Shown: piece by piece, positions 39,711 through 64,000 of the stretch
Layout of the letters: every line of letters begins with the position of its first letter
Numbering within the stretch: position 1 is the stretch's first letter
Assembly: GCF_009914755.1 (NCBI RefSeq)
Contig: NC_060927.1
Origin: the human T2T-CHM13v2.0 reference genome, Homo sapiens
Direction: 5' to 3' (one strand)
Length of the DNA stretch: 64,000 nt
Notes under the pieces: model-generated
What the model was told of the DNA's origin: nothing
The model's input: the letters and a program-made list of their open reading frames with translations, nothing else
The model's database searches: none
Translations under genes and position numbers: made by a program

Positions 39711-39771
39711 AACTGAACATTTAGCTTCTCTGATCACAACTTCTGTGCTCCACAATTATCCTTCTACCTCA

Positions 39772-40218
39772 CAGCTAACTCCTGAGCAACACAGGGGTTA
39801 GGGGAACTGACCCCTCGCTTAGTTGAAAGTCCATGTATAACTTTGGATTCCCCCAAAACTTAACTACTAATAGCCTACTGTTGACCAGAAGCCTAATTGA
39901 CAGTCAATTAACACGTATTTTGTATGTCATGTGTATTATATGTTGTATTCTTGAAATAAAGTGTTGTATTCTTGAAACTAAAGAAAAGAAAAGATGATTA
40001 AGAAAATCATAAGGAAGAGAAAATATATTTACTATTCATACAGTGGAAGTGGGTCATCATAAAGGTCTTCATCCTCATCATCTCCATGTTGAGTAGGCCA
40101 AGGAGGAGAAGGAAGAGGAGGGGTTGGCCTTGCTGTCTCAGGGGTTGTGGAGATGAAAGAAAATTCGTGTATAAGTGGATTCATGCCATTCAAACATATG
40201 TTGCTCAAGGGTCAACTG
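39772..40218. mobile_element. Tigger2a-like non-autonomous DNA transposon
   Basis: Degenerate TIRs CAGCTAACTCCTGAGCAACAC / ATGTTGCTCAAGGGTCAACTG. The interior matches the copy at 60 kb. Confidence 0.8.
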
Positions 40219-41272
40219 TGTATTATTTTATGAAACTATATGTGCCATTTCACAGGTCACCTCAGGACTTAGCTGTTGCAATAATCATGCAACAGTTAAT
40301 GTTTAACTGCTTCTTTCTTAGCTTAGACATTAATCAGGAGCCATGCACTACTCCCATTTGTCAACATTCTCTGGTAGGGCTCCTCTCTGGCCTCAGCAAA
40401 GTCTTAACCAAAAAAACAAAACAAGAAAAAAAGGTTGCGTGGGGAGAACCCAGGGAGTCTGACTCTTCATACTTTTCTGCAAGAACATCTCCCATCTGTA
40501 GCGCCCCCAGAGCATGGGTGACAGTCCATGTCTGTCCCCTCTATAAATGCGGGAGCAGGGACACAGTCACTCCAAATTCTACCAGCCAGTGGGGAGTCTC
40601 CAGGTGCCTTCTATGAGCAAACAGGAAGAATGCAGTTACCTGTGAGCTCACTGTTTTGTCTTGGAGCTATCATTTTGTAAAAGCTTCACCTTTAAACATT
40701 TCTACAGCTGACAAAACCAGTTGGCCCTACATTGATTCTACCAACATTGGAGAGTAGTCAGCTGTACAGATTTTGTCAGCTATTGCACATGCACTCGTTA
40801 ATTAAAAAGAATAAAAAGAGACTACCAAATTTCATCAAAGGAGCCAACAGGAGGAATGGAGGGGAGGCCCTGGGGAAGGCAGCACTAGAGCCAAGGGCAG
40901 GGCTTGGCAGCTCAGGGATGAGCCCTCTATGACTGTTTGCTAAGGAAAGAGCTGAGGGTCAGCCCTGCTGAGCACCTGAGGACCAGATAGAGGAAGGAGG
41001 AACAACCCGTGAGAAGACTTGAAGGTGGAGGAAGCTTTACCGACCTGGCGAGTGTGGCTGAGAAGTCAGGAGCTAAAGGATTTGAACCCCCATTTAATCA
41101 GAGGCAGCCCACAACACACAATGGGAAAGCATCCTGGGCTGCCACTGGCACCCCAGGGCTGACAACCTCACAGGCTGTTCAAGGAGCACAGCAAAGACAG
41201 CCCACATTTTAAAAGCTGGCATGGATGTCAATAGGCCTTACGAAGTGGTTATGAGCCTTAAAATGTAGTGCT

Positions 41273-47130
<5,858 letters not shown>

Positions 47131-48096
47131 AAATCTAATGCCTACCTGGGCACGAGTATAATACAAGCATCCTCATCTGGGAGGGAGAAACACAGTCTGG
47201 GGCTCCCACATGCCCCTCCTACTTTTCCTACCTCCCGGACCCCTGCCCTTGCCATAGGAGAAGGTCCACTCTGTGAGCCCCCACTGAATCCCCTCATGTA
47301 CCTTTAGTCTCTTGTAGGTTCCATTATGCTCCATCACACTGACATGTTTTCAAGTCTGTCAGCCCGACTGGTCTGTACGCATCCTCGGTACCTGTGTGCT
47401 GGCTGTGAGAATCCTAGGGCCATTTCATAGAAGCTTGATAAGTGGCGGAAGGAAAGATAAAAGGAAGAGAGGGAGAGAGGGAAGGCGGAAGAGGGGAGAT
47501 GGGCAAGAAGAGGGTCTTCCTCATTAACAGTGACAAGACCCTCTTACGTAATAATTAGCACTTCTTAGACTGTCTCCTACATCCCCCAACACGGGGAAGA
47601 TGGTAAAGAAAGAACAAGGCAGTGCAGAGGCTGAGCTCCTTCAGAGGAGAAGCAGGCCCCGTCAGGTCTGGTCACCCGCTAGGAGTCTCTGCGCTTCCCT
47701 GCAGACCTGGCCAGCCGCATCCCCGGGGTCAATACTGGTCTAAAAGGAAAAAGAAGGGAGAGAGCGAAATGAAAACAGAAGAGGGAGCTCACATTCTTCT
47801 CCTTGGTGATACAGCACTTCTGACCTGCACAGGTATTTCTGATGCTGATTGTGTGGTGTAAACCAGTAGTTCTCAGATTTGTCCCAGTTCCATATAGTGA
47901 GCTCTCCATGGCAGACGCCAATGCTAGGAATCAAAGGCAAATGGGAAATTATAAAGTCCCCATTCAGATTTATTTTCAATTGGAAAAAAAAAAGGAAGAA
48001 CTAAGGGTTAGATAAATCATTACATTATATTAATCAGAACAATTGACATTGCTATTGTAGCATTTCATCTTCAAAAAAGTCAAAATTGGCTTTTGG

Positions 48097-48250
48097 TTGA
48101 AAGCATTCCTTCCCCCTGAGAACCAGAACAAGACAAGGATGTCCACTCTCACCATTTCTATTCAACATAGTACTGGAGGTCCTAGCCAGAGCAATCAGAC
48201 AAAAGAAAGAAAGAAAGGGCATCCAAATTAGTAAAGAGGAAGTCAAACTG
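48097..48250 (+). mobile_element. Isolated internal L1 ORF2 fragment
   Basis: ttgaaagcattcc...acaagacaaggatgtccactctcacc...ttcaacatagtactggaggtcctagccagagcaatcag...gtcaaactg, with no L1 3' end or poly(A). Confidence 0.85.
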
Positions 48251-50884
48251 CCTCCAGAATAAACACACAAAAACATAAAGCTAAGAGAGGCTGTCAGGCT
48301 TGACTATAATGAAATAATTGTCCCATGTTGGGTGTTTACAGAAAAACATTTTATGAGTAATGAGTAATCTTTTATGTCTCCTTTTTTTTATTTGCTTATT
48401 TTTGTTATAGATACATTCTTGTGTAACAGCAGACCACAGGCTAATATATTTTTACTACAGAAAAACTAATCTGCCAGTGCAAGACCTGGGAATATCTTTA
48501 ACCATCTTTGTGAAGAATACAATAGACTGGTTTCCATAGGACATTAATTGAAAATTACAGGAATCTGTAAAAATAGTGATTATCTGACATCAGTCACCTA
48601 CTGTGAAAAAAGAATTGTGTGAAAGTCATGCATATATACTGCTTTTCATGTACCAATTTTCCCATAGCTCTTAATAAAGTTTCATTATTAATGATGTAAA
48701 TCATTGATTTATTGCAATTGATGCATTACAATTAACTTATTACCGATGATTTTAATCAGTATTGATGGTTTAATTATTAGTGATTAAGTCAGCACTGGTG
48801 ATTTAAATCGGAAGAGGAATTTAACCTTAAAACACCTTGTTAGTCTTTATAGCATCTCCTCAGGTGAAAAGAGAAGGTTTTTATCAGATACAAGAAAAAA
48901 AAAAGAAAGACCATTGCTTACCCACAGGTAGTAAAGTGGACAAAAGCTTGGGCTACAGAGCCCAAATGCCCGCTGTGTGACCTCGGAAAAATCACTTACC
49001 CTCTCTGTGCCCCTGAAGGCTGAGGTGAGGACTGGATGTGAGTTCATTCATTTGAAGAATGAGAATGGTATCTCCCTAGAATGCTCTGCCAGTATCATTG
49101 TCACCGAGCCCTGTGCAGATATGAGCACACAGAGATGAGCACATGTAGGCTCAGAGGGTTCATGGGTCCCTTGAAACCCATCCATGGTCCATGGACCTCG
49201 GCTTAGGAACCCTCTCAGAAATCACTGTGTGTTAAATGTGTGGAGATGACCTGAAATCCCCTCATTTCACAGATGAATCTAGAATGATAGGAGGGTTGAG
49301 AATGATAAGCGTTTCCAAGGCCACAACTCCACCAAAGCATGTCTTAACTCGGCCCCTGGACTCTCCCAGTCCCCTAGGCTGTCCCCTGATGACACTTTGT
49401 TCATCAGGAGATAACATAAAAGGCCTTAACTGACAGAAGAGTAATTAGACCCTAGTAGAACAGCTGGGAGGAGCCTGGAAAGAACCGATCCTGCATTAAT
49501 GGTGGAAGTCCTCAAAGCCCTCAAGTCCAACTGCTGGCACCCCCCATTGTCCAGCAGCGCCCTGGCTGGTGCCATGGTCACTCACAAATCACAGGCTGCA
49601 CCCCAGACCCAGGATGTCAGCTCGCGCCGTGACCTGAACACGTTTGTTCACCCACCCCTGGGCTGCAGAGTGGAGCGGGTTCCATTCCGTGGTCACTGCA
49701 GCCTGATCCCTTCTCCATGAAGCCCGCCTTGAGGCTGACAAGAGAGCTGCTCTGTGATCCACCTCCACCCTTTCCAAGCTGTATACTTTGAAACCTAAGG
49801 ACGTGCCCAGGCAGACCTGACTGGACTCAGTAGCCTCATTCTCAGTGTCTGGAAAGACCCCAAAGAGTCTCTTGCTCAAAATAATCTACCCAACAGTACT
49901 GCTGGAGAATCTTCCCCTGATCTCATGTTTTCTTCAGAGAATGACATGGAACACTCCAGTGAAAATGCTAGTGTAATCCAGGGTGGCTTACTAACTAGTA
50001 TCCACCTCAACAGCCAAGCAGGAACTGCTTATCTGAAAGTAATGGAATACGGATCCGATTTATAAAGGGGTTGGAAAATGTCAGGCCAAGTGAGACACAA
50101 GCCCAGGCCATGTCAATTTCGCAATTCGTATCCATTGCCATGCACAATTTTAAATGAGGTCCTTGAAGATAAATCGCCAGTGGCACAGACTTCCAATTAC
50201 TCACAGATTTCTGCATCACAAAGTGGTACAGTCTTCCCAGAACACTCAAAGACACTTAAAGCCTCAGAGGGAGGCTTCTGTCAGAGTTGCAGAGGATGCT
50301 TCTCAGAGGAGCTCCAGTTCCTGGCACTGTATCAGTTGGGGTCTGTGGCGGGCAGGGGGAGTGGGGTATGCAGGTCGGCGACTCTGCCCAATCCCTCTGT
50401 CAAGTCCAGTGCCCTGCCCAGGTGGCCCAGCACACATGGGCCTGCTCCCCTGCAGGCCTCCTCCTCTTCTCTCATCACCCCCTCTGAAACAGGAGCAGCA
50501 TCATTTGGGGGCCTTCCCCTGCCTGTCTATGTCTTTTATTATATTTGTTGCATTTCTTAACACTTTTTCAAAATCCTCATTGATAACTGATTAAATTAGA
50601 TAATGTAATTGAAAGCACTTTGTAAACTAAAAAGTGTTCTACAAAGTCTGTATTAAATTTTTATCGTTGCAGACTCACAATCACGACTCAGGACTCTTGA
50701 CCTGTCCATTAGGAGCCCAGCCTGGTAAGGGGCTTGCTGAGGGATGGAGGGAGACAACAGATGCTCAGCTGCTTCCTATTTAACAGTCCACCATGGTCTT
50801 GGTGAAAGGGGCCCAAGATGGCCCAAGGTGAAAGCCACCCAGATATGGCAGAGTAAGGGACACAGCCCCTTGGTCAGTCACTGA

Positions 50885-51517
<633 letters not shown>

Positions 51518-52256
51518 CAGAGATTTCTTTATTTATGGTGACCATCTTTTAGAAACCAAGAAAAAAAGATACCATGATCTTCAAGTAGTAGCATCCTTCA
51601 GGGATAAGAAGTTGGAATATCTGTAGTTAAGTCTGTCCTCAAAGTGCTGGGTGGAATGGTGACCATACCTTTGTCATCTTGGTTATGTGCATCTTCTAAT
51701 TGTCTATATTTGGTGATGTGGTCTTTTGGGCTGTACATTCATGAGGGTTTCTTGCTTTCCAGTCAATCCCAGGCCACATCGTAACAGAGATGAAGCCCTT
51801 GCTGTGCATTTCACAGCTAGTGATGTTGAGCTGTCAAGAGTTGCATGGAGTAAATTGGATTCCAGAACCTACACTTGCAGACTCCAAGTTGTAGACTCCT
51901 TCACTTTCTGTTGAGCAAAGCTCAGCCATCCCATTTTAGTTGGCCATTTATTTGGTCATCTGTTTTTAATTGACCACATTGGCTAATAGTTATTTTCTAT
52001 TTAAGTATCAAAGATTTAACTTTGAATTTCCTACCTCCTCCCTGTTAAATGATGACTAGAAATGACAACATGTTTTTGTCAAGTCTGGTTCAAATTACAC
52101 AATGTTAATAAGGTTTTATGTGGATATTTACCATTGATATTTAGTGTGTTTAGCATACGGATCAATTTCAACAAGATACAAGCATAACAGCTTCAAGAGC
52201 ACTTGCATGCTTTGAGATCAGACAGATTTGAGTACCAGCTCTGCCATTTAAGCTGT

Positions 52257-52309
52257 GGCATGTGATTCAGTTACAGGCATGTGATTCAGTTACAGGCATG
52301 TGATTCAGT
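52257..52309. repeat. 19-bp tandem repeat (GGCATGTGATTCAGTTACA) x2.8
   Basis: Read directly; lies within MIR-like sequence. Confidence 0.95.
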
Positions 52310-54179
52310 CTTTCTCAGTCTCAGTTTTCATGCTTTTAAAACAGGGAAGATAGGCCAGGCACGGTGGCTCATGCCTGTAATCCCAGCACTTTGGGAGGCT
52401 GAGGTGGGTGGATCACAAGGTTAGGAGTTCAAGACCAGCCTGGCCAAGATGGTGAAACCCTATCTCTACTAAAAATACAAAAATTAGCCGGCGCGGTGGC
52501 AGGTGCCTGTAATCCCAGCTACTTGGGAGGCTGAGGCAGAGAATTGCTTGAACCTGGGAGCTGGAGGTTGCAGTGAGCTGAGATTGTGCCACTGCACTTC
52601 AGCCTGGGCAACAGAGCAAGACTCTGTCTCAAAAAAAAAAAAAAAAAGAAGAAGAAGATAACCTCGTGTAAAGACTTTCAGAGAAGACTACAATATAACA
52701 TACAATGCTTCACAATACAATGTACATAAACATTAGTTTCATCTTCCTCTTTCTCCCTTTCATAGAAAATTTATCTCCTATGCTTAAATTTAAACATTCT
52801 TTTTACCATTTTTACTCTCCTTCCAACTATGATGTGATGGGGTAACTAATATGTCATGTGTAAATGTCACGTCATCATAGGGTCCTGCAGGGAACAGAGC
52901 TCACCCTATGGAGCCTTAGGAAGAAAGACCATTGTTAGGTTAATAGTAAGGTCCATGCTACCAACCCTGGGGAGGCCTTTCCTGGTCTGGTCAGCCTATG
53001 CCAGAAAAGCAGCCAAGTGAAGGCTGGAAACACCGTGTGGCTCGTATAGATACTTCCAGTGTCACAAAACCAACACTACTAAGAGGTGGGAATCAGCTGA
53101 AGAAGTGAGTTGGCTCCTCGCACCCCCTAGCTTCTGGCATATTGACCTTGAACTTGCCTATGAAAGGTCTAAGCACTGTTGAGGAGCTGTCCTGGCATCT
53201 CAGCAGTGAACAAAGGCCTCTTCCTCTGATGAGGGATTTCTCAGAGCCCCCATCACAAAGGATAGAGATGGCCCTTCCTGGGGCTGTTTCAATGTCCACA
53301 GACTAGATGGCAAGCATGTTTCCTGCCAGCCCTTTCTGACCAACGACTTCTAACTTCTTCTGCTCCCACTCAGTCCCTATACTCAGTCCAGTCGCCCCCT
53401 GCCATATGAATGGGATGACTTGCAAAGTTTCATTTGTGAATCTGCCAGGTGGACCAGCTTCCTACTCTCTTGCAGCTGAATCAACTCTCGATGGTTAGGA
53501 TTCCTGGTTTGCAGGCTGGGTTTTAGTTAGGTGATTTGGTGGAGGGTTTTTACAACCTGGGTTCTTATCTTCCACAGGACAGGCATCTTTTCATTCCATT
53601 TATTCCATTCTCCCCCTGCCCGCTCCCACTACCACATCTAATCAGTCAGCTCTGAGAGCCAAGAGTATATGCCGTGCTGAACGCAATGCTTCAAAATCCA
53701 CCTGGGCCTTGGCAAACCCTGGAATTTTCTTCCATTGTTTGGGGACAGCCATGGTCAAACATTTAAGCAGCATAAATCTCTCATTTCCAAGAGAAGAGAA
53801 AGAAGAAAGGCTCTGTGCAATGACAATAGTAATGGTAATAGAAGCAAAATCTCCATCTATCAGGGCCTCCCGGGGACAGGAGCTTTATTTTCCAAATGTT
53901 CTGCCTGTGGGCATTTTACAAGAGACCCTTGGCTATGGCCCCTGCTTCTCCCCTGTCCTCCAAGGACTGCTTCAGCCACACAGCTCTTGCAGCTGCCACT
54001 GGCCTAACAGAGCCCACGATAGGAGTCAATGAAACCCTCAACCCAGAAAATGTCCCATGCCCGTTGTATTGGGCTGCCCCAGTAGTAAATGTGACTAGAA
54101 AGCAACCACAGCACCAGGATCTACAGTGTCCCCATGACTCACTTCAGAAAGCCCGAGACCCAAGCACTGAAAGGACTTG

Positions 54180-58500
<4,321 letters not shown>

Positions 58501-58640
58501 AACAAACAAAAAAAGCAAGTCTAAGACAAAGCCTGTCTGTACTCCCCTGCTATACCACTGGTGACTCTGCTCCCAAGAGATGTCCTGTGGGGAGTCTATC
58601 CTTCAGACTGTCATCTTGTCTTGTCTTGTCTCATAACCCC

Positions 58641-59055
58641 TGTCTTAGTCCATTGTGTGTTGCTATAAAGGAATATCTGAGATTGGTTCATTTATAAAGA
58701 AGAGAGGTTTATTTGGCTCATGGTTTTGCAGGTTGTACAAGAAGCATGGTGCCAGCATCCGCATTGGGTGAGGGCCTCTGGCTGCTTCTCATGGTGGAAG
58801 GGAGCTGGTGTGTGTAGAGATCACACAGCAAAAGAGAAAGCAAGAGGCGGGGCAAGAGGTAATCAGGCCCTTTTTAACAACCAGCTCTTGTGGAAACATA
58901 GAGTGAGAACTCACTCACCTTGGAGAGAGGGCATTAATCTATTCATGAGGGATCTGTCTCTAATACACAAACACCTCCCATTAGGCCCCACCTCCAACAC
59001 TGAGGATCAAATTTCAACATGAGGTTTTCGGGGGACAATCATCCAAATTATAGCA
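58641..59055. mobile_element. MST (MSTA/B) MaLR LTR
   Basis: tgtcttagtccatt...ggtttatttggctcatggtt...ttaggccccacctccaacact...atccaaattatagca. Confidence 0.85.
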
Positions 59056-59555
59056 ACTCTCAAAACTTTGTATGGGATCTCATCCCCCTTCTTCATGTAT
59101 CTTAGCAGTAGGAACAGATGGTGGAAGTACAAGGGCAGAGACACACAAGAGTCTGGGTGTAGCCTTTAAGCACAGGAACAACTCTAAATGCTGGAGCTCA
59201 CATTGGATTACGACTTTGAAGTCAGGCTACTGGATTCAAAGGCCAATCTGTCACCATTCACAAAATCTTAGATACAGTGCTTACCCATTTGTGTTTCAGT
59301 TTTCTTATCTATGAAATGAGGATGATAATAGTACCCATATCATAGGATTATTCTGTGTGTGTGAGGTGTGCATGTATATGTAGCTTAGAACAGTACCAGA
59401 CACCTAAAAAGAGTATTAGTTGTTATTTATAATACTCATAAAAACAACTGCTTAATATTATTATATCTCTCTACAAGTTTTAACATTCCTATTTTACAAT
59501 GAAGAAGCTGGGTCTTGGCAAAACTAATTAACTAGCATGGGCCCGCTAGTCACAT

Positions 59556-59620
59556 GTTCATGCCCTTTTCAATATGCCTATTTGAACATAGTTCATGCCC
59601 TTTTCAATATGCCTATTTGA
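59556..59620. repeat. 30-bp direct duplication with a 35-bp period
   Basis: GTTCATGCCCTTTTCAATATGCCTATTTGA at 59556 and 59591. Confidence 0.9.
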
Positions 59621-60033
59621 TTAAGTCTCTATGGATACCTTACTAGCAAAAGAAGAAAAAAAAATCCAGAAAGCAGAGAAAAGGACAAAGAATAAATTCT
59701 AGGCTGGGTGCTGTGGCTCACTCCTATAATCCCAGCACTTTGGGAGGCCGAGGCGGGTGGATCATGAGGTCAGGAGTTCAGGACCAGCCTGGCCAAGATG
59801 GTGAAACCCCGTCTCTACTAAAAATACAAAAATTAGCTGGGCGTCGTAGTGGGCGCTTGTAATCCCAGTTACTCAGGAGGCTGAGGCAGAGAATTGCTTG
59901 AACCTGGGAGGCGGAGCTTGCAGTGAGCCAAGATCGTGCCACCGCACTCCAGCCTGGGCAACAGAGCGAGGCTCCGTCTCAAAAAAAAAAAAAAAAAAAA
60001 GGAATAAATTCTATCTCAGGAAGAAAGATTGTA

Positions 60034-60837
60034 CAGTTGACATTCAACAACACAGGAGTTGGGGTGCTGATGGCCCATGCAGTCGAAATCTGCCTATAAC
60101 ATTTGACTCCCCCAAAACTCAACTACTACAAGTGTACCATTGGCCCAAAGCCTTACTGGTAACATAAACAGTATATTAGCACATATTTTGTGTGTTATGT
60201 GTATTATATACTACATTATTACAATAAAATAGAGAAAAAATGTTATTAAGAAAATCATAAATAAGATAAAATTTATTGGCAAGGCATGATGGCTCATGCC
60301 TATAATCCCAACACTTTAGAAGGCCAAGATAGGAAGATCACATGAGGCCAGGAGTTCAAAACCAGCCTGACCAACATAGCAAGACCCCATCTCTACAAAG
60401 AATACAAAAATTAGCTGGGCATAATGGCACATGCCTGTTGTCCCAGCTAGTCAAGAAGCTGAGACAGGAGGATTGTTTGAACCCAGGAGTTCAAGGCTGC
60501 AGTCAGCCATGTTCATGCCACTGCACTCCAGCCCGGGCAATAGAATGAGAATTTTTTTTAAATCTTTATAAAATAAAATGTCTTCATAAAAAACAATAAA
60601 TTTTTAAAAGTTAAATTAATGAAATACAATAAAATATATATATTTGCTATTTATTAAGTGGAAATGGATCATCATGAATGTCTTCATCCTCACTGCCTTC
60701 ATAATGAGTAGGCTAAGGAGGAGGAGAAAGAGGAAGAAATGGTTGGTTTTGCTGTCTAAGGGGTGGCAGAGACGGAAGAAAATCTATGTGTAAGTGAACC
60801 TGCACAGTTCAAACCCAAGTTGTTCAAGGGCACACTG
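60034..60837. mobile_element. Tigger2a-like element interrupted by an Alu (~60277-60560)
   Basis: TA|CAGTTGACATTCAACAACAC ... GTTGTTCAAGGGCACACTG|TA, giving TIRs with a TA TSD. Confidence 0.85.
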
Positions 60838-61285
60838 TAAAAAAACATCTCAAGTGACTTAAACTATAAAGTAAGTTAATTTTCATACTTACCATGAACG
60901 TCCAAGTTTGGGAGCCTCGGGGGCTGGTGAATTCAGTGGCTCAGCAATGTCATCACTAACATGGGTTTTTCTGTCTCTCTGCTCTGCCAGTTTTAGCGAT
61001 GGTTTAGCTCCCACTGTGGTCCCAGCGTGACTGCACTATTTCCACACAACAAAATCCAAAGGAGAAGGAAGACTACTCCCAACATGTGTTTTTTAAGAAA
61101 GGGAAATCTTAGCCAGCGCCTTAGTTTGAGTTGTGTCACCAGCCCATGGACTGTCATGACTGGCTCAGTGAAGCATCTGGCTGTGTGGAGAAGGGTGGGT
61201 TACCCAAGCAAAACTGAGGTTGAGTCACAGGAAAGAAGTGGACAGTGGCTCTTGGGTAGTAACCAGTATCCTCCTCCCACCATGA

Positions 61286-61635
<350 letters not shown>

Positions 61636-64000
61636 TAGTTTTTGACAATTATATTTGATATATGTGTGTATCGGTCAGAAAGGCTGGTTTATGATGCCAT
61701 AATAGGCAACACCAAGTTTTCTGAAACATACAACTGTGGCAGTTTATTTTTTGTTCCCGAAACTTGCAGTCAACGTTTCAGGGCCATCCAAGGTCTTACT
61801 CAGTCCCAGGCTTATGCAATCTTCCAGCAACCTGAGGCTTTGGGGTTCACAGCAGTAGGAGGAGCAAGCATGGAAAATCTCACACCAGGGGACAAGTTGC
61901 CTCCTTTCCAGGCCTTTGCTAGAACCAGTCCCATGGCTCTGTACGTAATTCGGGTAAAGCAATCCTCTTTGTGTCCAGAAGAGGGAGGGGAGCCAGAAAT
62001 GTCCGTGAGTACTAGCAAAGGCAACCACATCCCCTGTCCAGGAAGCGTGCCAGGAAGGGGCTCCTGTTCCACATGGGTCTGGGCATCAGGGAAGGAACCT
62101 TGACACTGCCAGGACTAGCTGGGGAAGAAAAGGGCCTGTCCACTTTGTTTATCACAGCTCCCTCCTCTAGTGGGATGCCTCTCATTAGGTAGGAGCTTGG
62201 TTTCCAGTGGGGTAAATAGCTTGAGCTAACCAGAACTATTTGAAATCAAGCCATGAAGTGGCAAATACAAAACTTTGCAAAAATTAAAACACACACACAC
62301 ACACGCAAAGCTAGATGGGAGCTTGCTAAATTGGGAAATGGTCATGCCCTATTATCACCCAGGCCCCTCCCAAGCTGTGAGATCTTTAAGTACAATTTTA
62401 AATGCTTCCTAGCCTATAATGTGAACAACGCTAGTGTCAGAGCAGGAAGGACCTGGCGCTAAACATCTCTCCCTCCATCCCTATATGACTGTAAACCCTG
62501 AAATGTGAGAGAGCACCTCAGGAACAGGTCCAAGGGAACGACTTTGGCTATGGAGACACAGAATCAGCCACAGCCCACTCCCACCGCCACAGAGAAATTT
62601 TCTTCTGTCTCTGGAGTCTTCTTAAACTTCTCAGAGAAAGTCTGTGGGTAACATGGATTAAAGACATACTCTAACTCTAAATAAGATACTTGGCTTCAGT
62701 CTGAATGAGAAGACCCTTGTAGGAGTCTCTGTCCATTAAATAAATTATAAACAGAATGAAAATTTGGAAATTCAGAAAGTTGTTGATTCAAAATTCAGCT
62801 GAACTGGGAAAATTGTAAATGTTTGTGCTTTGAAGTAAACAAATTATGAAGGCTATGAAATTCCTGCTAGTGGATTAGGGGTTTTTTTTGTTTCTTTGTT
62901 TTTTGTTTTTTTGTTTTTTTGATCATTTGTGAGCCCAAGAGGAGTAGCAACACTTAAGCTTAATTTTATAAGCTTTTTTCCTGGAGGACTTGCTAATGGC
63001 TTCAATAAAGTTTAAGGAATCTAATGTAATGAAAAAGACTTTCTCAGCATTTAGCATGTCATTGAATAAACAAAAACAAAACAACCCAATCCTTCAAGGT
63101 GATCTTCTACCTATTAAATATTCAGTTTCACTGTTAATTTTTTAAAGAGGAAATGGGAATTTAAACTTACAATAGAAATATTTAAACAACATGTTTATCC
63201 TCTTCTGTCTGCTTGTGTATAACATTTATCAGCAGAAAAAATCAAAAAGCAAAGTGGGTATTTGTGTTGCCTTTAATTATATTCCAGTGATATCAGTGTT
63301 GCCCTTAGTATCAACACTGTGACTCCTGTGACCTAAGTCAGAAGCAGGCTTATTAGTGGCAAAGCAGGGTGTGATCATGACCTGAACTGGGTCTGTTTCC
63401 AGACAAGGCACCACCCCAGAAGTTTCATGCAAGAACATACCATGCTCCCTGAAATGCCTAAAGGGCATTTTCAACTGAGAAGTGAAAGTTTGGTTCACTT
63501 TTTGGTTTGATGCATTTTACTGGAAAATGGTCACTGTTCCTGCCCCCACTGGGGGAGGACTGAGCATATTGTGAAATGTCCTCACCCAGCTCTATCCTTG
63601 GATTAGCGGCTCCAAAGAAAAACATGCCTCTCTAAGTCATCCTGTAAGGTGACCCCGAAGTGTGACTTGTCACACCATCCCGCCTTCTTTACCGCCTGAG
63701 CCGTGGAGGGCAGCCTGGCCTGATGCACCAAGGATTCATGCTCACAGATGATCCAGGGCATGTTCTAAACATTAACTTTACTTCCAGCCAAGTCATGGCC
63801 TCTGTGGAACGTGCCAGAGCAGAAGCTTACCTGCCCCCGGGGTGGGCAGAGGGAGCAGGGGATGGGGACTGTTTAACACTTTGTCCCTGGAATAAGATCT
63901 CTGTGAATCTAGTGCTAATTTCGTGTGTGTAACCTTGTCAGGCGAAGGCATTTCTGTAACTCCTCCGCTCTGCATATAAAAGATTAAGACCCTGAGGTTT

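Overview
Human genomic DNA, recognisable as the LRRC2/CRIPTO (TDGF1) locus (3p21.31, location recalled rather than checked). The complete six-coding-exon CRIPTO gene is on the + strand: CDS 32059-35338, 567 nt, 188 aa, all introns GT-AG. Its CpG-rich promoter carries SOX-OCT, GCNF/NR5A DR0 and latent AP-1 motifs, and a likely alternative first exon lies near 28.65 kb. The 5' part of LRRC2 is on the - strand: a non-coding exon 1 in a CpG island at ~20.3 kb and the first coding exon at 5583-5726. An intact HERV-H solo LTR7 (11132-11580, TSD CCCAG) sits in LRRC2 intron 1, points toward CRIPTO and is followed by strong + strand splice sites (probably LRRC2-AS1). The rest is mostly repeats: about 35 Alus, several L1s, LTR8, MLT1, MST, Tigger and MER1. 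The most notable observations are: (1) CRIPTO intron 3 is in frame and stop-free and encodes a signal-peptide-like Met start; (2) intron 5 could be polyadenylated to replace the GPI tail with a GKRR-containing tail; (3) a possible LTR7-to-CRIPTO splicing route; (4) a forkhead-site tandem repeat in LRRC2 exon 1; (5) locally templated insertions. All coordinates were read by eye, and repeat subfamily names are from recalled consensus sequences.
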